Positions 57,354 through 64,000 of a stretch of 64,000 bases of DNA are shown here, piece after piece (position 1 is the stretch's first letter; the number at the start of each line of letters is the position of its first letter). The DNA is from Nitrospirota bacterium. Lineage in GTDB: Bacteria; Nitrospirota; Nitrospiria; 2-01-FULL-66-17. The notes beneath the pieces were generated by a model that had not been told where the DNA came from, made no database searches, and saw only the letters and a list, made by a program, of their open reading frames with translations. The stretch lies in the NCBI GenBank assembly GCA_049325335.1, contig JBMOMC010000043.1, forward strand, positions 80,262 through 144,261, given 5' to 3'. The translations under genes and the position numbers were made by a program.

Positions 57354-58179
57354 CGGCGGGATCGGCGCCGAGCGGAGGCCGGAATCCGTCGCGTTGCGCG
57401 GCGTGATCCAGCGGCACCGTGATCAAGTCTTCCAGGGCAGGGTCGATCTCGCGGCCCATTTCATGGGGGTGCGCGGTCTTGAGGTACCCCCTGCAGTCCG
57501 TGCAAATCGCGACGTGATACCCGGGTTCCACGTCTTCGATCGAACAGGCCAAGTGTTGGTCCGCCGCGTTGCCGCAGAACGGGCAGCCCGGTCGCGTGAA
57601 GATCCACGAGGTCGGGCAGACGCTGCAAAATAAGCGGCGGTCGCGGTCGCGCTCCTCCGCCATCCCGGGGGGAAACCCGCACAACGGGCACAAGGGGCGG
57701 TTCCACGCGCGGTCCGTGAACACGTCGCGTAACGTCGGGAGGAGCGCGGCGAGCGACGGACGCAACGCGAGTCGGACCGCGTACCCCACGAACTCGACGG
57801 GCGCGCCCGCCGGCGGCTGGGCCTCGCCCCCGAACAAGCGCGCGAGCCATCGGGCGCGCGCCGAGCCCTGGCCCGCCGCGGCCTCGAGCGCATCTGCCGC
57901 GTGGGCCAACCCGGGGTTGCGGGCGCGCAGGACGGCGAGCAGGCGAGCGAACGTCTCGGCCGTGTGCGTGAGGTCGGCCGACCCGAACCGCGTAGGGTCG
58001 AGCAAGGGCAGGCCGCGGGCCAGTCGCAGCGGGCGTTCATCGAGCGGCGCCAGCACCGCGGTCAGATCGTCCGGGACCGCGTCCTCCCATAGATCGGACA
58101 CCCGGCGGTAAAATCGCAGCGGTTCGCGCAAGTGCGGTCGCTCGCGCATCAATCGTTTGATCAGGTTCGCGGAAGCCAT
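57334..58179 (-). CDS. FdhE-like formate dehydrogenase accessory protein
   Basis: CPLCG..P, R.LFCSVC.T.W…R..CPFCG, C.DC.GYLK, LD..A..DGF. Confidence 0.82.
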   Translation of the reverse strand: MASANLIKRLMRERPHLREPLRFYRRVSDLWEDAVPDDLTAVLAPLDERPLRLARGLPLLDPTRFGSADLTHTAETFARLLAVLRARNPGLAHAADALEAAAGQGSARARWLARLFGGEAQPPAGAPVEFVGYAVRLALRPSLAALLPTLRDVFTDRAWNRPLCPLCGFPPGMAEERDRDRRLFCSVCPTSWIFTRPGCPFCGNAADQHLACSIEDVEPGYHVAICTDCRGYLKTAHPHEMGREIDPALEDLITVPLDHAAQRDGFRPPLGADPADADLAR

Positions 58180-58304
58180 CGGGACTGCATCGTACCGGCC
58201 CCCGTACGGGCCGGTCAAGGCCCGCGGCGTTGGTTGACCGTGTTCCGGGGTTGCTCTTATAATCCTACTCGTGCCCGCCGTGTTCCCGCCGCTTGGAGAT
58301 CGTC

Positions 58305-59750
58305 GTGACTGAACGTGCTTTGGTGCCGCAACGCTTTTTCGAATCTCGCTTCGGTGTGACCGCGCGCGACGTGGAGCGCGTCATGGCCCGCGCCATGGAG
58401 CGGCGGGTGGACTACGCGGACCTGTACTTTGAATACGAGGTGTCCGAAGGCGTCTCGCTCGAAGAAGGGTTGGTCAAAACCGCCTCGCGCGACATTTCGC
58501 AGGGCGTGGGCGTCCGCGCCATCGCCGACGATCGCACCGGCTACGCGTATTCCAACGATATCAGCATTCCCCAGATCGACGTCGCGGCTCAGACCGCGCG
58601 CTCCATCGCGGACGCGGGCGCTTCGGCGACCGCCCCGGTCCCGGGCGGGGACGCCTCGATTCGGGACCTCTATGCCGTGGACCATTCGATGTTGGACGCG
58701 CCGTTGCCCGCGCGGATCGACCTGCTTCAAGAGATCGACCGACTGGCGCGCGCGTACGACCCGCGCATCCGCAACGTGATGGCGAGCCTGTCGTGCGAGT
58801 CCAAGGTGGTGTTGGTCGTCACGTCGGACGGAACCGAGGTGGGTGACGTGCGGCCGCTGGCGCGCTTGAACGTCACGTGTATCGCGCAGGACGGGAGCAA
58901 CCGGCAAATCGGCAGCTACGGCGGCGGCGGGCGCATCGGGTGGGAGTTCTTCTTCGACGAGGACCGGTGGCGCACGTTCACGCGCGAGGCGGCGCGCCGC
59001 GCCATCGTGAACTTATCGGCTCGTCCCGCGCCGGCGGGCACCATGACCGTGGTGTTGGGGCCTGGATGGCCCGGCATCTTGTTGCACGAAGCCATCGGCC
59101 ACGGGTTGGAGGCGGATTTTAACCGCAAGGGCGTGTCCGCGTTCTCCAATCGTCTGGGACAACGGGTGGCGTCCGAACTCTGCACCATCGTGGACGACGG
59201 CACGATCCCGTGGCGCCGCGGCTCGCTCAACGTGGACGACGAAGGATCCCCCAGCGGGCGGACGGTGCTGATCGAACACGGTATTCTCAAGGGGTATTTG
59301 CAGGACAAACTCAACGCCCGCTTAATGAAGATGCCGGTCACCGGCAACGGCCGTCGGGAAAGTTTCGCCCACGCGCCCATGCCGCGCATGACCAACACGT
59401 TTATGCTCCCAGGCGCCTCAACGCCGGAGGAAATCCTGGCCTCGGTGGACCACGGTCTCTACGCGGTGTCGTTCGGCGGCGGGCAGGTGGACATCACCAG
59501 CGGCAAGTTTGTGTTTTCGGCGAGCGAAGCGTACCTCATCGAAAAAGGCCGCGTGACGCACCCGGTGAAAGGCGCGACGTTGATCGGCAACGGTCCCGAC
59601 GTGTTGACGCGCGTGTCCATGGTGGGCAACGATCTGGCGTTGGACCCCGGCGTGGGCACCTGCGGCAAGGAGGGGCAGTCCGTCCCGGTCGGGGTCGGGT
59701 TGCCCACGATCAGGATCGACGGGTTGACCGTCGGAGGCACGCAGGGCTGA
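58305..59750 (+). CDS. tldD: TldD metalloprotease
   Basis: ADLYFE, GILLHEAIGHGLEADFNRK, GNGRRES, PRMTN, GTCGKEGQ.VPV. Confidence 0.96.
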   Translation: MTERALVPQRFFESRFGVTARDVERVMARAMERRVDYADLYFEYEVSEGVSLEEGLVKTASRDISQGVGVRAIADDRTGYAYSNDISIPQIDVAAQTARSIADAGASATAPVPGGDASIRDLYAVDHSMLDAPLPARIDLLQEIDRLARAYDPRIRNVMASLSCESKVVLVVTSDGTEVGDVRPLARLNVTCIAQDGSNRQIGSYGGGGRIGWEFFFDEDRWRTFTREAARRAIVNLSARPAPAGTMTVVLGPGWPGILLHEAIGHGLEADFNRKGVSAFSNRLGQRVASELCTIVDDGTIPWRRGSLNVDDEGSPSGRTVLIEHGILKGYLQDKLNARLMKMPVTGNGRRESFAHAPMPRMTNTFMLPGASTPEEILASVDHGLYAVSFGGGQVDITSGKFVFSASEAYLIEKGRVTHPVKGATLIGNGPDVLTRVSMVGNDLALDPGVGTCGKEGQSVPVGVGLPTIRIDGLTVGGTQG

Positions 59751-59751
59751 C

Positions 59752-61098
59752 ATGCCGATGGATCGGGCGCTCGCGGAGGATCTGCTGACCAAGGCCCGCC
59801 GTCTCGGCGCGACGGACGCGGACGTGATGGCCGTGGAGGGCACGACCTTCTCAACCCGGGTCCGGCTCGGGGCGGTCGATAAACTCGAACAGGCGCGCGA
59901 GCGTCGCCTGGGACTGCGCGTGATCGTGAATCAGCGGACCGCGGTCAGTTCCACCGCGGACCTCTCGCGCGCGTCGCTCGAGGATCTGGTGTCGGAGACG
60001 TGCGCCCGCGCCGCGCGCATGGCGCCTGATCCGCACGCGGGTCTTCCCGCCAAGGGGCAGGGGATCACGTCCGTCCCGGATCTGGATCTGTGGGACGGCA
60101 GTTACGGCGATCCGCACGCGGACGAAAAGATCGAGTTGGCGCGGGCGACCGAAGCCGCGGCGCTCGGGTATGACCCGCGCATCACCAACTCCGAGGGCGG
60201 GGAATTCGATCACGGTTTTTCGGAGATCGCGTACGCGGATACCAACGGCGTGTACGGCCGGTATCGCAGCTCGTCGTTTTCCCTGTCCGCGGTAGTGATC
60301 GCGTCGCGGGAGGCCTCCATGCAGCGCGATTACTGGTATTCAGCGAAACGCAAGTTTCGGTTGCTCGACCCGCCCGAAGCCATCGGGAAGGTCGCGGCGC
60401 AGCGCGCGTTGGCTCGACTGGGCGCGCGCAAGGTCAAGACCCAAGAGGCGCCGGTGGTATTCGACCCGCAGATGGCGGCGCGACTGGTCGGCACGCTGGC
60501 GGGCGCGGCGTCTGGGTACGCCTTGTACAAAGGCGCGTCCTTCCTGGGCGGGGCATTGGGCCAAGTCGTGGCCTCCCCGTTGGTCACGATCGTGGACGAC
60601 GGGACCCTCCCCACGGGATTGGGCTCCAAGCCGTTTGACGGCGAAGGATTGCCGACACGCCGGACCGTGATGGTGGACCACGGCGTATTGACCAGTTACC
60701 TGCTCGACACGTACTCCGCGAAAAAGCTCGGCCTGGCCACGACCGGCAACGCCGCCCGCGGGATTGGCGACACCCCGAGCGTGGCGCCGACGAATTGTTA
60801 TCTGGCGGCCGGCGCGTCCTCCCCGCAAGACATCATCGCTTCGGTGCGCAGCGGATTGTACGTGACCGATCTGATCGGCTTCGGCGTCAACACCGTGACC
60901 GGCGACTATTCGCAGGGCGCGGCGGGGCTGTGGATCGAAGGCGGCGAAGTCGCGTTTCCGGTGGAAGAGATCACCATTGCCGGGAATCTCCAAGACATGT
61001 TGCGGCACATCGACATGGTTGGCAATGATTTGGATTTTCGCTCGCGGACATGCGCGCCCACCATCAAAATTTCTTCCATGACGATCGCGGGGATATAA
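59752..61098 (+). CDS. pmbA: PmbA/TldE
   Basis: MQRDYWY, FDGEG, GVN.VTGDYS.GA.G, EITIAGN; directly follows tldD. Confidence 0.93.
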   Translation: MPMDRALAEDLLTKARRLGATDADVMAVEGTTFSTRVRLGAVDKLEQARERRLGLRVIVNQRTAVSSTADLSRASLEDLVSETCARAARMAPDPHAGLPAKGQGITSVPDLDLWDGSYGDPHADEKIELARATEAAALGYDPRITNSEGGEFDHGFSEIAYADTNGVYGRYRSSSFSLSAVVIASREASMQRDYWYSAKRKFRLLDPPEAIGKVAAQRALARLGARKVKTQEAPVVFDPQMAARLVGTLAGAASGYALYKGASFLGGALGQVVASPLVTIVDDGTLPTGLGSKPFDGEGLPTRRTVMVDHGVLTSYLLDTYSAKKLGLATTGNAARGIGDTPSVAPTNCYLAAGASSPQDIIASVRSGLYVTDLIGFGVNTVTGDYSQGAAGLWIEGGEVAFPVEEITIAGNLQDMLRHIDMVGNDLDFRSRTCAPTIKISSMTIAGI

Positions 61099-61130
61099 CC
61101 GGCTGGAACAAGCGCCCGTCGGCGCGTTGA

Positions 61131-62111
61131 TTACGGCCAGCGAATCAGCGCCGTGCCCCACGTAATCCCGCCGCCAAACGCCGCCAACAGCACCCACTCT
61201 CCGGATTTGATCCGGCCGTCGGCGACAGCGTGGTGCAGCGCGATGGGGAGGGCGGAGGAGGAGGTGTTGCCGTAGCGGCCGATGGTGACCGGAACTTTTT
61301 CCGCGGGCAGACCGAGTCGGCGTTGCACCTGCTTGAGGATGCGGAGGTTCGCCTGATGGAAGATGAAGTGGTCGATCTGGTCCAGGCTCAGATCAAACCG
61401 CGCGGCTTGGTCGCGCACCGCGTGTTCGATGGTGCGGACCGCGGTCCGGAACACCGCGGACCCGTCCAGACGCATGGCGTGATGGTTGGCGGCGAGACTC
61501 GATTCGGACAACGGCTCGCGACTGCCCCCGGCCGGCAGATGGATCAGCGGCCAGCGCGCGCCGTCCGCGTGTAACGCCACGTCGAGCACGCCGCGGTCAC
61601 CCGGTCCGGCGGTCACGATCACCGCGCCCGCGCCGTCGCCGAACAGGATCGCGCTCGCGGGATCGCGCCGGTCGATAAAACGCGATTTGACCTCGGTCGC
61701 CGCGAGCAGGACGGTCCGGGCTTGTCCGGTTCGGAGAAACGCCTGGGCGATCGAGAGCCCGTACAAAAATCCCGTGCACGAGGCCGCCAGGTCAACGCTC
61801 GGACAGCCGGGAACCTTCATGTCCCGTTGCAGGAGGCACGCGGTCGAGGCAAACCCCATGTCCCCGGACGTGGTGGCCACGAGCATCAAATCAACGTCCG
61901 ACGGAGATCGGCCAGCGGCCTGAAGCGCGCCGCGCGCCGCGGTGGCGGCAAGATCCGACGCGGCTTCGTGCTCCAAGACCCACCGGCGGGCGGTGATGCC
62001 GGTACGCCGAAGGATGGCGCCGGCCGGCAGATCAAGATCGGATTCGAGTTCCTCGTTGGTGACGACCCGGCCGGCCAAGCCGATCCCGGTGCCCGCGATG
62101 ACTGCGCCCAC
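61131..62111 (-). CDS. fabH: 3-oxoacyl-ACP synthase III family
   Basis: ASCTGF, LFGDGAGA, FHQANLRI, YGNTSS, FGGG.TWG. Confidence 0.9.
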   Translation of the reverse strand: MGAVIAGTGIGLAGRVVTNEELESDLDLPAGAILRRTGITARRWVLEHEAASDLAATAARGALQAAGRSPSDVDLMLVATTSGDMGFASTACLLQRDMKVPGCPSVDLAASCTGFLYGLSIAQAFLRTGQARTVLLAATEVKSRFIDRRDPASAILFGDGAGAVIVTAGPGDRGVLDVALHADGARWPLIHLPAGGSREPLSESSLAANHHAMRLDGSAVFRTAVRTIEHAVRDQAARFDLSLDQIDHFIFHQANLRILKQVQRRLGLPAEKVPVTIGRYGNTSSSALPIALHHAVADGRIKSGEWVLLAAFGGGITWGTALIRWP

Positions 62112-62121
62112 GGAATTCTCG

Positions 62122-62781
62122 CTACGACGCGAACGCCGTCCCGACGAGATCGGGAAGTTCATCCGGCCGGCGCGCGACGAAATCTGGGTGCTCGTCGGGG
62201 TGGTCCGCGTAGCCCCACGCGCACCAGATCGTGGCGGCGCCGAACGCGCGCCCGAGCCGGATATCTGCGGTGCTGTCGCCGATCATCACGGCCCGGCCGC
62301 GTCCCGCGACGAATCCGCAGCGCGCTGCGGCCTCCGACAACACCCGGGGGTCGGGTTTACTCGCGGCGCACGTGTCCCCGCCGATGATCGCGCTGATGCG
62401 CTTGCCGACGCCGAGCACGTCGAGCAATCGATGCGAAATGCGTTCGGGCTTGTTAGTGATCACGGCCAGCCGTCCCTGGTCCGCGAGGAGCGTCAAGGCG
62501 TCCGCGATACCCGGGTACAGTCCGGTTTCGTGCGCCACGTTGGCCCCATAATCCGCCTCGTACCGCTCGCGCACCACGGCCAACCGCGAGTCATCCCCGT
62601 TGAGGTAATCGTCAAAACACGCCCGATACAAGTGATCCATCCCGCGATTGACCCACGGCCGGATCGCATCGTGGGACCGGGGCGCCAAGCCGAGCGCGGC
62701 GCGTACGCGTTTGACCGCGGCGGCCATATCGGCGCGGCTGTCCTCCAGGGTGCCGTCCAGATCCAGGCCGATCAGGTTCAC
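62122..62781 (-). CDS. HAD hydrolase (phosphoglycolate phosphatase-like)
   Basis: DLDGTL.DS, TNKP, KPDP, MIGDS..D. Confidence 0.9.
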   Translation of the reverse strand: MNLIGLDLDGTLEDSRADMAAAVKRVRAALGLAPRSHDAIRPWVNRGMDHLYRACFDDYLNGDDSRLAVVRERYEADYGANVAHETGLYPGIADALTLLADQGRLAVITNKPERISHRLLDVLGVGKRISAIIGGDTCAASKPDPRVLSEAAARCGFVAGRGRAVMIGDSTADIRLGRAFGAATIWCAWGYADHPDEHPDFVARRPDELPDLVGTAFAS

Positions 62782-63200
62782 GCGCGGCGCGCCCCCTGCG
62801 CGGCGAGTTGCTCCACGCTGCCTTTGGCGTCGCCGTGTTCCGTCACCGTGCGGTGCCCGCTCAACGAACCCTTGTACGCGGAAAACGGACGGTTGTTGTG
62901 GCTGATCACCTCGTGCGCGAGGCCGCCTGGGATCAACAGGATATCGCCGGCCTCGATGGTGATCGGAAACTCGTCGAAGTGAAACGTGATCGCGCCCGAC
63001 ACCGCGCCCCGAATTTCCGGCTCATCGTGCGCGTGGCGGCTGCGTTCAAACCACGGCGCCACGGTTTGCAGGTCGTACACCGCGTACCCGAACCCCCGCA
63101 TGGCATTCGCCACGGAGTCCGCGGTCGGCTCCTCGGTCCGCGCCCACTTGATGAGTTTAACGCCGTTGGGAAACGTCGCTGTTCTCGCTCGTTCGCTCAT
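62778..63200 (-). CDS. Cupin domain protein
   Basis: HAHDEPE…GDILLIP.G.AHEV; AGGAGG RBS. Confidence 0.85.
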   Translation of the reverse strand: MSERARTATFPNGVKLIKWARTEEPTADSVANAMRGFGYAVYDLQTVAPWFERSRHAHDEPEIRGAVSGAITFHFDEFPITIEAGDILLIPGGLAHEVISHNNRPFSAYKGSLSGHRTVTEHGDAKGSVEQLAAQGARRA

Positions 63201-63462
63201 GGTCGGGCCTCCTTTGCGGCCCCACGATAACGCGTTCGCGAGGCCGATGTCCATGCCTCAGCACGCGGCGAGAGTCACACGGATAGCCTCGGATGGCGGC
63301 CGCCTCGAATGCCCGGACAGGCGGTTACGCACGCGACGTGCTGTGCGGTTGCATCGGTCAAGCTGCCGTGGTATGGTAGACGTCATTCCGACACGGGTTG
63401 TTCCGGTGGTCAGCGCGCCACGCACATCCTCCAGCCCGTATGGACTCCAACGTGTGAGGTGA

Positions 63463-64000
63463 TTGATGGCGTCACGCCTCAAGGGCACAAGGTCGACCCC
63501 GTTGGCCTCCCTTGCCAAACGCGACCTGTGCGAACTCTTGGGGACCATCGAGGCCTCGCTCGCCGTCAACACGATTGAAGAACTCAAAACCGTTATCCGT
63601 CGTGTGACGCGGTTAGTCCCGTGCGACTACGCCATCGCCACGTTGTCGGACTGTGATAGCCGCGGTCGGCCGCATGGACTGAGCACCATCGTGAACGTGA
63701 GCTATCCCGCGCCGTGGACCTCGCTGTATCTGGCCCGCGGGTACGCCGAGATCGACCCTATTTTGCAGGCGCATTTTCAGCGGCCGCGCACGCAGGTGTG
63801 GTCCGATACATACCGCTCGGCCAAATTGCCGCGTGAGCGAGATTCGTCGGCGCCGCGAGCGCCTTTGGGTTGACGCAGGGCGTGACGTTGGGCGTGCCGG
63901 GCCTGCCGTTCACGCGAAGCAGTTTGTTTTCGTTCGCGGGTGCGGCGATGGGGGAACACGAACGCCATCCGCAACTCCTCGAACGCGCGCTTCCGCACCT
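63463..64000 (+). pseudogene. LuxR-type autoinducer-binding regulator with apparent frameshift (3' end outside window)
   Basis: YPAPW…Y…Y..IDP…W motif; LuxR-like sequence (FVGAASAFGLTQGVT…SLFSFAG…LPHL) resumes in a shifted frame at 63843. Confidence 0.75.

Overview
GC-rich bacterial chromosomal segment. The lineage is possibly Nitrospirota, inferred only from the gene repertoire and repeat style. A housekeeping backbone (ftsH, rplM-rpsI, argC-argJ, hpnCD, purT, dapL, folK, panC, queG, tldD-pmbA, fabH) carries several accessory modules. (1) 6.8-12.7 kb: a sigma-54-preceded, PCC3-like electron conduit with a 14-heme cytochrome, a TPR/beta-barrel lipoprotein porin, a cytoplasmic Rieske ferredoxin, a di-heme cytochrome-b-like membrane protein and a 24-heme cytochrome. 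(2) 26.6-29.0 kb: an ArsR(CmtR-like)-merF-merT-merP-merB operon with no merA, ending instead in an AhpD/CMD protein with a terminal Cys-Cys. (3) 29.0-30.1 kb: a Y1/HUH transposase-like gene bracketed by a 32-bp inverted repeat, with tandem repeats abutting it. (4) 47.5-56.2 kb: a block of secretin, pseudopilin, three c7-type triheme cytochromes, cupredoxin and a TMTC-like glycosyltransferase. Also seen are MITE/REP-like elements, sigma-54/sigma-28/leaderless promoter candidates and two disrupted genes (macro domain, LuxR). No rRNA, tRNA or CRISPR array was recognised. All calls come from motif reading; no searches were run.
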